Of a stretch of DNA of 50,933 bases, positions 8,855-18,829 are shown piece by piece. The position numbers and the translations under genes were made by a program. Each line of letters opens with the position of its first letter. The stretch's first letter is position 1. The notes beneath the pieces were generated by a model. The model was given only the letters and a program-made list of their open reading frames with translations, made no database searches and was not told the origin of the DNA. The DNA is taken from the NCBI GenBank assembly GCA_021129515.1, contig JAJOLD010000006.1, positions 1 through 50,933 of the forward strand, in the 5' to 3' direction. This DNA is from Minisyncoccota bacterium. GTDB taxonomy: Bacteria; Patescibacteriota; Minisyncoccia; Phycocordibacterales; UBA918.

Positions 8855-9277
8855 TGCGCAAGGTTTTTAGGAATTAAACAAACCCGCCTACAGGAGGGTC
8901 TGGAACCTTGCGAGGAAACCAAACCACTATAAGCGGGTTTCTGGACGCAAGGTTTTTAGTGCCCCAGTGGGGCTGTGCGGTGATAATAGCATTATGTCGA
9001 TGTTTTTGAAAGTGTGGGCACTCCATGGTTTGGTGTGTGCAATCGCGCCTGTGCAGAGGAGTGCCCACAGGTTTTGCACAGATGTATATACAGGAAATGC
9101 GCGGTGTTTTGCAGGGGTTGTATACAGCAGTACTGCACAGTGCTGAGAATGAAGTCGCCGGCCGCTTTGCGACCGGCGACTTCATTCGTGCAATACTACG
9201 CCAACCGCAAATATGGTTGATACATGTGCAAGATTTGTGCCGCTCATACGTTTATACTAAGTGAACCCTATTATCTT

Positions 9278-10456
9278 ATGACTACCAAATACTTTCTTTC
9301 ATGCACACTTGTGTTGGCATTCCTTGTGCCTGCGGCAGCTGACGCACGTACCTCGCTTGAGGTTGCAGGCTGGATTCCGTACTGGAGCGATACCGACGGC
9401 GTTGCTTCAGCAAAGAAGCACATTCGTGATCTTGATACCATCCACCCCTTTGCCTTTGAAGTGCAAAACGACGGTACCCTCAAAGACCGTGCAGACCTCG
9501 ATGAGTCAAAGTGGAAAAAATTATTTAAAACAGCAAAGAAGAGACGAGTGGACATTGTCCCAACGGTCACCTGGTTTAATGCAGCTGAAATTCACGCAGT
9601 GTTGAGTGACAAAAAGAAGCGCCGCGCGCACATTGATGCAATCGTCGAGATGGTCGACGAGGGGCGGTACGATGGTGTCGATATCGATTATGAAGGGAAG
9701 TGGGCACAGACGAAGGAGTACTTCTCACTCTTTCTCAAAGAACTTGAAGATGAGCTTGGGCGAGACATGCTCACCTGTACCGTTGAGGCGCGCACACCAC
9801 CTGAGTCGCTCTACCGTGACGTTCCTGACGATATTCAGTATGCAAACGACTACCGCGCAATCAACCGCTACTGTGATCGGGTAGAAATCATGGCATATGA
9901 CCAACAGCGTGCAGACCTTACGCTCAATAGCGAAAAGCGCGGTGAGCCATATAATCCGGTTGCGGATGCCGACTGGGTAGAGAAAGTCATCAAGCTTGCG
10001 CTTAAAGATATCGACGAGGACAAAATCATGCTCGGCGTACCAACCTATGGTCGCGAATGGACTATTACCGTGGAACCAGAGTGGTACAAAAGCTATGAGC
10101 GCATCAGTGCACGCAATATGCCGCGCGCGCTAGAGATTGCTGACGAGTACGACATCAAGCCCGGCAGGAACAAAGCAGGTGAGCTGAGCTTCACCTATTT
10201 CCCCGAGTCATCTATTTGGAATCTCCTCAACGTGCTTCCAGCGCCAAAGGGCACTACTAAGGGCAACGAAGCTGCAGCAAAAGCACTTCTTTTTGCAAAC
10301 GCAACGGGGCGAACCGTGACCGTGAACTATGTGACTATGTCTGATGCCGATGCAATTGAAGAGAAAATGGACCTTGCGGAGAAATATGACCTCCGCGGTA
10401 TCGCTATCTTCAAAATCGATGGAGATGAGGATGAGGAGATTTGGGATTTGTTTTAA
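9278..10456 (+). CDS. Secreted glycoside hydrolase family 18 protein
   Basis: Signal peptide, DGVDIDYE catalytic motif, IMAYD, KIMLGVPTYG, LRGIAIF. Confidence 0.92.
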   Translation: MTTKYFLSCTLVLAFLVPAAADARTSLEVAGWIPYWSDTDGVASAKKHIRDLDTIHPFAFEVQNDGTLKDRADLDESKWKKLFKTAKKRRVDIVPTVTWFNAAEIHAVLSDKKKRRAHIDAIVEMVDEGRYDGVDIDYEGKWAQTKEYFSLFLKELEDELGRDMLTCTVEARTPPESLYRDVPDDIQYANDYRAINRYCDRVEIMAYDQQRADLTLNSEKRGEPYNPVADADWVEKVIKLALKDIDEDKIMLGVPTYGREWTITVEPEWYKSYERISARNMPRALEIADEYDIKPGRNKAGELSFTYFPESSIWNLLNVLPAPKGTTKGNEAAAKALLFANATGRTVTVNYVTMSDADAIEEKMDLAEKYDLRGIAIFKIDGDEDEEIWDLF

Positions 10457-10515
10457 TTAAGGGGTCTAACCCCTTAATTTTTCTATTGAGCAGTCGTTTT
10501 TGTTTGCATTGTGTG

Positions 10516-10821
10516 TTAGCTGATATTGCGGTCGGCTTTAATATCTTTAATGGTATACGATTTATTGAGGTAGATGCGCTCCATGATTTTGTTTGCGCTC
10601 CATCCAATAAGGGCAAGCACTGCAAAGTAGAAAACACCAGTGAGTGTGAGTGAGGGCAGTTCGGTTTTTGCAAAGAGTCCGAGGAGGGTACCACCAACAC
10701 CCATGGAGGTCACGACGGTCAGGTTTTTAATAGAGTTACTCGTTGCCTTTGATTGCAGGTCTGAAAAGACCTCAAGCGCAGAGCCCACATAGGTTTGGGT
10801 CATAGACCAAATTTCCTTCAC
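10516..10821 (-). pseudogene. 5'-truncated remnant of a membrane protein (two C-terminal TM segments, CorA-like topology)
   Basis: Protein-like sequence SNTLSYVKEIWSMT...NSIKNLTVVTS plus 2 TM segments. It begins abruptly after an in-frame stop with no SD. Confidence 0.5.
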
Positions 10822-10887
10822 GTATGACAGTGTGTTGCTGCAAAAGAACGATGCTCACAGGTACTATTTGGTATACTGGTACACACT

Positions 10888-11817
10888 ATGCGACTCAGCG
10901 TATTACTGTTGCTCTTGGTAGCCGTGCTATTTGGTTCGGGATACTGGTATACCACCATGATGGGGGGGTGTTTTCGTCCGATTACGTATCGTATTGGTAC
11001 CATCGATGCGTCATTTGCTATTGCGCAGGATGAAGTGTTAAGGCTCACACGTGCAGCAGAACGTATGTGGGAAGACGCCTCTGGGAAGGATCTCTTTGTG
11101 TACGACGAGGCAGGGGATTTGGTCATCAACTTTGTGTATGACAATCGACAGCAATTTGCCGAGCACGAAGCGACATTGCGTCAGGAGCTTGATGACCGAA
11201 AAGATGTGAGCGATAGTGTGCGCGACCAGTATGAGACATTGCTCAACTCCTATGGAGCACTCCAAGAGTCGTATCAACAACAATCAGCAGGCTATGAGGT
11301 GCGCTTGCGTGCCTACAATGCAGAGGTTGCCAAGTGGAATGAGGAGGGTGGGGCTCCTGAGGCAGTGTTTGCAGACCTTGAGGCCCGCCAAGTAGCATTG
11401 GGTGCCGAACAAACAGAACTCAATACCATCGCGCGTAAGCTCAATGGTTTGGTGCAAGAAATGAATGCGCTGAGCGCAAAAGGTAACTCAGTTATTACGG
11501 ACTACAATGAAATCGTTGACCAATACAACGAGCGCTTTACTGAGGAACATGAATTCACACAGGGTGATTATCGAAGCAATATTATCAATATCTACCAGTA
11601 TGATTCATTTGATGAATTGCAAATAGTGCTTGCGCATGAAATGGGGCATGCGCTACTGCTCGACCATGTTGACGGTGAGGAGTCTATTATGTATCATTTA
11701 ATGGAAGCACAATCACTTGAAACGGGTATTACTGAAGCAGATATGGCAGCGCTGACGGCGCGATGTGGCGCGGGCTGGTCACCGTTTTGGTCATTTTTTA
11801 CAGTATTTAATATATAA
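10888..11817 (+). CDS. Membrane-anchored matrixin (M10)-like zinc metalloprotease with coiled-coil insert
   Basis: HEMGHALLLDH zinc motif, SIMY Met-turn, N-terminal TM segment. Confidence 0.88.
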   Translation: MRLSVLLLLLVAVLFGSGYWYTTMMGGCFRPITYRIGTIDASFAIAQDEVLRLTRAAERMWEDASGKDLFVYDEAGDLVINFVYDNRQQFAEHEATLRQELDDRKDVSDSVRDQYETLLNSYGALQESYQQQSAGYEVRLRAYNAEVAKWNEEGGAPEAVFADLEARQVALGAEQTELNTIARKLNGLVQEMNALSAKGNSVITDYNEIVDQYNERFTEEHEFTQGDYRSNIINIYQYDSFDELQIVLAHEMGHALLLDHVDGEESIMYHLMEAQSLETGITEADMAALTARCGAGWSPFWSFFTVFNI

Positions 11818-11823
11818 AAGGAT

Positions 11824-12606
11824 ATGGTATTTCAAGAAAAATATATGCGCATGCTTTTTGCGCTGGTGCTCATTATGGGCATTGTTGCGTTGTATGCATA
11901 TACGCAGCGCACACTCAAAGAAGCACAGTATCTGACCGGAAATGCTGCAACTATTTCAGTGTCGGGTGAAGGGGAAGTGCTTGCGCGTCCTGACATTGCA
12001 TCGTTTAGTTTTTCAGTACGTGCTGAGGCTACAGAAGCGGCTGCAGCACAAGCGCAATCTGCAGAGGCAGTGAATGCAATCCTTGCATATCTCAAAGACG
12101 AAGGAATCGCAGAGGAGGATGCAAAGACACAAAAATATCAACTCCGTCCACAATACGACTATGTGCGTGCGACCTGTGCGGTTGGAACTTGTTCGGATAG
12201 CAAGCGGGTGCTCCGCGGCTATGAGGTGAACCAGTCAGTTATAGTGAAGGTACGTGACACCGGTGCAGCAGGTGCGTTGCTTGCAGGCGTTGGTGAGCGT
12301 GGTGCAACCAGTATTTCAGAACTCAACTTCACTGTCGATGAAGAAGATGTGCATGTAGTCGCAGCACGGGAGAAAGCAATTGCTGACGCGAAAGACAAAG
12401 CACAAGAACTCGCCGATGACCTCGGTGTACAGCTGGTGCGGATTGTTGGCTTCAACGAAGCTGGCGGTGGCCGTATAGACTATATGGCAGAGACACGCAT
12501 GATGCCGTTTGATGATGCGGTTGGAGTAGTAGCAATGGTGCCAGAGATGCCTGTTGGTGAAAATACGTTTACCTCGAATGTGAGTATTACGTATGAGGTT
12601 AAATAG
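11824..12606 (+). CDS. SIMPL (DUF541) domain protein
   Basis: TISVSGEGEVLARPDIASFSFSV...AREKAIADAKDKAQELA...VSITYEV. Confidence 0.92.
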   Translation: MVFQEKYMRMLFALVLIMGIVALYAYTQRTLKEAQYLTGNAATISVSGEGEVLARPDIASFSFSVRAEATEAAAAQAQSAEAVNAILAYLKDEGIAEEDAKTQKYQLRPQYDYVRATCAVGTCSDSKRVLRGYEVNQSVIVKVRDTGAAGALLAGVGERGATSISELNFTVDEEDVHVVAAREKAIADAKDKAQELADDLGVQLVRIVGFNEAGGGRIDYMAETRMMPFDDAVGVVAMVPEMPVGENTFTSNVSITYEVK

Positions 12607-12669
12607 CATGGGACGCTATTTAAAACCTTGCCTGATATTTTATAAGGTGTACACCGAAATAAAATATCG

Positions 12670-12767
12670 ATAAGGTGTACAGTTCCTGTATGCAAAGCAT
12701 GCTTGACCTGCACTCGCAGAATATATGAAAGTGAACTTCCATATTTCTCTTCGTTTGCTCAAGTAAG
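12670..12767 (+). repeat. About 98-bp dispersed repeat, copy 1
   Basis: About 90% identical by eye to 15180-15277, with an internal hairpin. Confidence 0.9.
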
Positions 12768-12782
12768 GAGAAATAATTTTTT

Positions 12783-12884
12783 CTAGATTGCTTCGTCTTA
12801 AAACAGCCCTCAGGGGCTGTTTTAATTTCTCGCAATGACGGCAGCTACGCTGCCGTCATTGCGAGTGATAACGAAGCAATCCAG
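12783..12884. repeat. REP/REPIN-like doublet
   Basis: CTAGATTGCTTCG...CTCGCAATGACGGCAGCTACGCTGCCGTCATTGCGAG...CGAAGCAATCCAG. Confidence 0.88.
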
Positions 12885-13245
12885 AAGTGTTGCAATTAGC
12901 CTGCAAACTTTGTTGCTTTTAGACATTACCAGTACATATTTACTTTTCCTTAAAATCTGATACTATCTAGCTAATTCGCCCTGGAAGGGCGTTTTTTAGA
13001 AGGTTGCAGAGCAGCAAAGCTGCGACAATAACCTTCTTATGCAGACGCTTCGCAAGTGAGCACGACCCAGTGCGAACATGCGTTAGCATCTGCGCTAGAA
13101 GGAGAGTATGTCGGAACATCGACTATAATTCTCTTATGCAAACGGTAGATATTTTGCGAGAAACACACGAGCAAAAATATCGTACCGTCTTGCGAGAAGG
13201 GAAATATCATTCTCGACTCTAATCCATCTTTTAACTCAAATTACC

Positions 13246-13428
13246 ATGAGCCGATTCATCAACTACCTTAAAGACACAAAAGCTGAGCTGCAGCACGTGT
13301 CATGGCCAACACAAACACAGGCAGTCGTGTACACAGCGCTTGTCATCATTATTTCTATAGTAATTGCAGCATTTCTTGGTGCACTCGACTACGTATTTAC
13401 CACAGGACTCGACTGGTTCCTAAAATAG
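13246..13428 (+). CDS. secE: Preprotein translocase SecE
   Basis: ELQHVSWPT motif plus one TM segment, upstream of nusG. Confidence 0.95.
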   Translation: MSRFINYLKDTKAELQHVSWPTQTQAVVYTALVIIISIVIAAFLGALDYVFTTGLDWFLK

Positions 13429-13514
13429 GGATAGTACGTAGCGCCTAGCACTTAGAAAATGTGCCACAGGCACATTCCACTACTATCTACGAACTAATAA
13501 CTACAAACTCATTT

Positions 13515-14060
13515 ATGGCAAAACAACATTCAACAGGAGAGCGACATTGGTACGTTATCCATACATACTCAGGCTATGAAAATGCCGTTGCCCGAAACCT
13601 CAAGCAGCGTATTGAGTCACTCGGCATGCAAAACCTCATTTTTGATGTAGTGGTACCAACTGAGAAAAAAATTCGTGTGAAAGGCGGTAAGCGGGTCACC
13701 GAAGAAGACCAAATGTATCCAGGATACGTGTTGGTTGAAATGATTGTGACCGATGAATCATGGTACGTCGTTCGAAACACACCGCGGGTAACTGGGTTTG
13801 TGGGGAGTGGTACACAACCAGTACCGTTGCAGCAAGGCGAACTTGATGCTCTCCTCAATCGTATGGAAGACGATACACCGAAGCACCGTGTTGATCTCTC
13901 AATTGATGACATCGTCATTATCAGCGATGGTCCATTCAAAGAGCTTGAAGGGAAGGTGGGTGAGATTGATGAAGAGCGTGGGAAAGTGAAGGTGTTGGTG
14001 AGTATGTTCGGTCGCGAAACGCCAGTCGAACTGGACTTCCTCCAAGTGAAGAAGGTCTAA
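13515..14060 (+). CDS. nusG: Transcription termination/antitermination factor NusG
   Basis: WYVIHTYSGYE, PGYVLVEM, VRNTPRVTGFVG, KOW domain, FGRETPVEL. Confidence 0.98.
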   Translation: MAKQHSTGERHWYVIHTYSGYENAVARNLKQRIESLGMQNLIFDVVVPTEKKIRVKGGKRVTEEDQMYPGYVLVEMIVTDESWYVVRNTPRVTGFVGSGTQPVPLQQGELDALLNRMEDDTPKHRVDLSIDDIVIISDGPFKELEGKVGEIDEERGKVKVLVSMFGRETPVELDFLQVKKV

Positions 14061-14170
14061 ATTGGCAAATTTCTTTGTTGCACTTCAGCAAATTACTGCT
14101 CACCGTATGTCCATATACGGCTCACAATAATTTCTTCGTGCGCCTCGAAATTTATTCAATTTAGAACTTC
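14051..14170. repeat. Long imperfect hairpin element overlapping the nusG stop codon
   Basis: GAAGGTCTAAATTG...CCGTAT-GTCCAT-ATACGG...CAATTTAGAACTTC. Related to 42505-42630. Confidence 0.7.
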
Positions 14171-14423
14171 TTAGAAAAAAGACCTACTCAGGTCTTTTTT
14201 CTTGTCTTACTATCAAGAGCACTGTCATTCTGAGCTTGTTTCAGAATCTGTGTCGACTAATTCTCATACGAGATACTTATACTTCCAGAGGGTTGTCAAA
14301 CAGCCCAGAATTATGTACTATTTCACCGCTTCTATTTTGACACATTCTGGCTATGGAACAGGACGTGTCTGACGCACGTAGTGCGTCACTACCGACTACG
14401 AACTACTAACTAACTACTAAGAA

Positions 14424-14846
14424 ATGGCAAAGCAAGTAATTAACAAAATCAAAGTACAAGCTGTCGGAGGCAAGGCAACACCAGCCCCTCCGCTTGGTCC
14501 AGTACTTGGTCAGGCAGGAATCAACATCGGTGAATTCGTAAACCAGTTCAACGAGCAAACTCGTGAACGTATGGGGGAAGTCGTACCGGTTGAAATTAGT
14601 GTGTACGATGACCGCAGTTTCGATTTCATCATTAAAACCTCACCTGCATCACGTCTTATCCTTAAAAAAATTGGGAAGGACAAAGGTTCAGGAAAGAATC
14701 TCGTGTCAAAGGCGGGAGACATCACGCGAGATCAAATCCGTGAGATTGCAGAAGAAAAGATGCAAGACCTCAGCGCAAACGACATCGACGCTGCAATGAA
14801 AATCATTGAAGGGACTTGTCGGAGTATGGGGGTTCATGTGAAATAG
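14424..14846 (+). CDS. rplK: 50S ribosomal protein L11
   Basis: GKATPAPPLGPVLGQAGINI...GTCRSMGV. Confidence 0.98.
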   Translation: MAKQVINKIKVQAVGGKATPAPPLGPVLGQAGINIGEFVNQFNEQTRERMGEVVPVEISVYDDRSFDFIIKTSPASRLILKKIGKDKGSGKNLVSKAGDITRDQIREIAEEKMQDLSANDIDAAMKIIEGTCRSMGVHVK

Positions 14847-14859
14847 TTCACATAAACTG

Positions 14860-14912
14860 AGGTTGTATGAAAAAATCCTGGTCACTTTGACTAGGATTTT
14901 TTCATACAACCT
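14860..14912. terminator. 25-bp hairpin after rplK
   Basis: AGGTTGTATGAAAAAATCCTGGTCA / TGACTAGGATTTTTTCATACAACCT. Confidence 0.6.
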
Positions 14913-15179
14913 GAACAGTTCCTGTAAGGAATGCATATAATATAAATGTATATGCACGAAGTTTTTGAGCTATTTTGCGACTGGAAGGAGCGAAAATAGC
15001 CAAAAGGTATACAGCCTCTGTAAGAGGTAAAGGTTACGGGCTAATGTGTACCGACCCTGTCTGATATTTCTGGAGTTTATGAACAGAAACAGCGACTTTC
15101 AATCGAGTGAATAAAACAAAATACTCCAATCGATTGGAGTATTTTGTTTTTGAGTGAATGCAGAAAGGAAGCTCTGCTT

Positions 15180-15277
15180 ATAGGGTGTACTGTTCCTGTA
15201 TGCAAAGCATGCTTGAACTGCACTCGCAGAATATATGAAAGTGAACTTTCATATATCTTCTCGTTTGTCCAAGTAAG
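15180..15277 (+). repeat. About 98-bp dispersed repeat, copy 2
   Basis: Direct repeat of 12670-12767. Confidence 0.9.
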
Positions 15278-15422
15278 AGGTTCACGTAAAATAAGTAGAT
15301 ACAGAACTTCTATATCCGAAACAAGAAAAAGCCGGGCGCGAAGCGCCCGGCTTTTTCTTTGGAGTATCCAAAAAATCTCTGAGATTTAATATGTCCAAAA
15401 TATATGCTACCCTGCACATATT

Positions 15423-16148
15423 ATGCAATACATTCCTATCAAAACCCGTATCATGCAGCCACCCAAAGACGACCTCTTTGCGGTGCTTGATAAGTACCTT
15501 ACTGGTGTACAAGAAGGTGATGTGGTGCTCATTACTTCCAAAATTGTTGCGATTCATCAAGGTCGCTGTATTCCAAATACAGAGGTTACAAAACGACAAC
15601 TCGTCGAACAGGAGGCTGATTATCTTATTGAAGGTCACACAAAATATGCAATGTCTCCACTTGCTATTAAATATCATGCGATGTTCTACGGTGCAGGTAT
15701 TGATGAGTCAAATGCAAATGACCACTTTATTCTGTTGCCCCAAAAAGCATTTGATATTGCTGAGGAGATTTGGAAGTATCTTAAGCAAAAACATACACTC
15801 AAAAATGTTGGAGTCATTATCACCGACAGCCATTCACAACCGATGCGTATGGGCGCCATAGGCGTTTCACTTGCGTGGTGGGGTTTTCATCCAATTGAGA
15901 GCCATAAAGGAAAGCTAGATTTGTTTAATCGGCATATGCAATTTTGTACAACCAATATTGTTGATTGTATCGCAGCCGGCTCAAATGCGGTCAGTGGCGA
16001 AACTGCAGAATGTACGCCAATCATTATGGTACGCGACGTACCAAACCTCACGTTTACTAACATAGATACGCGTCACGAGGTGTTCCAGTCTCAAAAAGAT
16101 GACATCTACTATCCGTTGATGAAGCCGTTTTATACAAATGAGGAATAG
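15423..16148 (+). CDS. CofE-like gamma-glutamyl ligase (putative FolC2-type folylpolyglutamate synthase)
   Basis: DVVLITSKIVAIHQGR, AGIDESNA, GVIITDS..PMRMGAIGVSL, GETAECTPI are hallmarks of the F420-0:glutamate ligase family. Confidence 0.88.
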   Translation: MQYIPIKTRIMQPPKDDLFAVLDKYLTGVQEGDVVLITSKIVAIHQGRCIPNTEVTKRQLVEQEADYLIEGHTKYAMSPLAIKYHAMFYGAGIDESNANDHFILLPQKAFDIAEEIWKYLKQKHTLKNVGVIITDSHSQPMRMGAIGVSLAWWGFHPIESHKGKLDLFNRHMQFCTTNIVDCIAAGSNAVSGETAECTPIIMVRDVPNLTFTNIDTRHEVFQSQKDDIYYPLMKPFYTNEE

Positions 16149-16225
16149 GGTTGCATTCTTTAAAAAAATACTATTTACTGACACATAAATAGTTCCGAAG
16201 TTCATTTTTATAGTGAGGTGACATA

Positions 16226-17356
16226 ATGTCTGAAAACAGAGGTGTGCTTCCTGGGCAGCGCATTCATGCGTTTTGCGAGGCGGGATACATTACGCATGCC
16301 AAGCCTTCCTCGGTTTCTGGTGCGTCGCTCGATTTGCATGATACAGATGAGATTTATGAGGTTGATCGTGTTGCGCTTCCTCAAGAAGGTGAGTGTGTGC
16401 AAGATTTGCTCACGCTTATGGGTGCTAATGGCCGGCATGATATTAGTCGACCACTCAAGGCTGGTCGAAAATACATTGCAAAACTGAGTGAGGAGATTGA
16501 TTTACCGAAAGGGTTTTATGGGTACACCAATCCAAAGTCATCAACAGGTAGGGTCGATGTGCATGCACGCATTATTGCTGACCGTATGCCACGGTATGAT
16601 TCTATTGAAGCAGGTTTTCACGGCAAACTTTGGATTGTTATTGAGCCAAAATCATTTGGTATTCGTATACCGCCAGGGTACTCATTTGCACAGGCACGAT
16701 TTTTCAATGGCAACACTCGTTTTTCTGATATCGATTTACTGACAAACATCAGTACAGAAAAGTTGGTGTGGTGCCCTGATGAAAAAAGACCGCTTGCATA
16801 TGAGGAAATCCCGCGTCATGACAAAGATGGCTCTATCATGCTCACACTTGATATTCCCGTCGAAGGTGTTGTGGGGTATCGATGTATTGCAACACCAGAA
16901 GATGTGCTCAATCTAGAGCATCGCGATGTTGATCCGTATCGTTTCTTCACACCCATCTATACTGATAGCGGTGTTGTGAATTTATTTAAAGATAATTTCT
17001 ACATTCTTTCAGTACGTGAGTCGGTGCGTATACCCCCTGGGTATGCTGGAGAAATGGTATCAATGGATGATCGAAGCGGAGAGTTTCGTTCTCACTATGC
17101 AGGGTATCTTGACCCTGGTTGGGGATACGGCAAAGATGGTGAGGGTGAAGGTGCACCGTTCACGCTTGAGGTGCGACCATTTGAAAATTTGGTTATCCGA
17201 ATGGGACAGCCTATTGCAAAAATACGTCTTGAGCGAATGATTGAACCACCAGTGAAAGAGTTCTTGTATGCTGCACGCGGCAATGCAAGTTATCAGGTGC
17301 AAACGGCTGCAAAACTTGCAAAACAGTTTGCGCCATTTCCACCACCAAAATCATAG
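16226..17356 (+). CDS. dcd: dCTP deaminase, long two-domain type (trimeric dUTPase fold)
   Basis: GVLP.Q, ASLDL, NPKSSTGRVDV, FYILS, GEFRSHYAGYLDPGWG, TLEVR. Confidence 0.9.
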   Translation: MSENRGVLPGQRIHAFCEAGYITHAKPSSVSGASLDLHDTDEIYEVDRVALPQEGECVQDLLTLMGANGRHDISRPLKAGRKYIAKLSEEIDLPKGFYGYTNPKSSTGRVDVHARIIADRMPRYDSIEAGFHGKLWIVIEPKSFGIRIPPGYSFAQARFFNGNTRFSDIDLLTNISTEKLVWCPDEKRPLAYEEIPRHDKDGSIMLTLDIPVEGVVGYRCIATPEDVLNLEHRDVDPYRFFTPIYTDSGVVNLFKDNFYILSVRESVRIPPGYAGEMVSMDDRSGEFRSHYAGYLDPGWGYGKDGEGEGAPFTLEVRPFENLVIRMGQPIAKIRLERMIEPPVKEFLYAARGNASYQVQTAAKLAKQFAPFPPPKS

Positions 17357-17412
17357 GAGTATATAAAAGAACGGCGCACAGAAATGTGCGCCGGTTTCTA
17401 TAGGGAAGACCC

Positions 17413-18829
17413 TTATGCAGTTTGCTTGACGATGTCGTGTTCGCCACGTTTTACGTCAAAGCGATCTGGTTCCGGGTCAAGATGAAGGACATATCCAGTT
17501 TCTCCAAATGCGAGTTGTAATGCATCTGCCATTCGTGCTGCTTGTATACGCAGTGTAGGATACACAAATCGAGTGACACGCAGCTCAGTGATATAGGTCA
17601 TTGCTGGTAGATCACCACTAAAGCTGTTAGCAGTGAGATATCCCATTGGAATATAGTATTGTTCAACTTCTTTACTTACCCTCAAGGCATTGATACGTAC
17701 CTGTTGTGAGGCGAGCAGATCTTCTGCTTCTCTGCGTAGCTCAGGAGTGAGCTCCTCAAGATACCATGGATGAAAACCGATATCGGTGGTCAGCAGCGGC
17801 ATACGTTGTGTTACCGACCGTTGCCGTTGTAGGTCTCTGAAGCTTCCAAAATCTAACAAAAATTGAAACTGCATTGTCCCGCAATCACCGAGCCACTTTG
17901 GCAGCTCTGTTTTTGGAGGGCGCGAAGCGAGTACTTCACGATACTGTTCCAATGCTACCGTGTCTACATCGTTACGAGACAGTACGAACTCAAAAGCTTC
18001 TGGGTCATGCCAATAGTATGCGTCTGACATAACCGATGCCGCGTATGCCTCCGTATCCTCGTACCGTTTTTTTTGAAAACGAGTTCGGATACATCTGCAA
18101 CAAGGCTTCCTCGATTGCTTCTGCAATAGCGCGCACTTCCTCAAGTGGGTGATTTCTCAACCATAGCAGTCTGTCACTAAACTGACGTAATGTTGTGTGC
18201 CAAGAAAGGTTGGTCGACGTACCAGCTGGCAAGAAGCACTGGGTGATGTCGAATGCTCGTGCATTAATTGCCTTTTTGTATTTGGTTCTACTTTCAGATG
18301 CTTCTGTGTCTCCATATGTTTCATATGGATATCGAGACAGGAGCTCTTTTTGCATAACCTGTAGGGCATGGAGGTAAAAATTTCGTTGCCGTTCAAGGAT
18401 GTCGTCACCATCAGCAGTTGTTGCTGGATTGTAGAAGGGTTGTTTGTCAAACGGTATGTACCGAGTTGATGCTTCTTGCCCATTATAGAGCGGTGTATCT
18501 TGTATTGCTTTAGCGGCTAACATCGAAACACCCTCAATAAATATCGTTGCACTCCCGCAGTCACCAATGGATTTATGACCATATCCCACGTAGAACATGC
18601 GCATAAACTTTGCTGCACCATACTTAATAAGTTGCTGTAAGTGTGCACGAATACCACCAATTGAGCGTGAATGCAATGCTTGGAGCATTGCTTCTTCCTC
18701 CGCTCCGATAACCGCACCTGTTTTGAGCAAAATCACTTTTCCGCCATTGGGTAGTGAAACTTCAGTGTGCGTCAGTAGCCGCAACATGATTTTATGTATG
18801 AATGAAGAAATTGCTGTACCAAGATTCAT
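17413..18829 (-). CDS. thyX: Flavin-dependent thymidylate synthase, tandem-domain type, split by one frameshift
   Basis: YVGYGHKSIGDCG, GQEASTRY, AFDITQCFLPAGTSTNLSW, and second-domain FGSFRDLQRQR. Removing one A from the A8 run (18067-18074) joins ...NSFSKK-RYEDTEAY. Confidence 0.88.
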
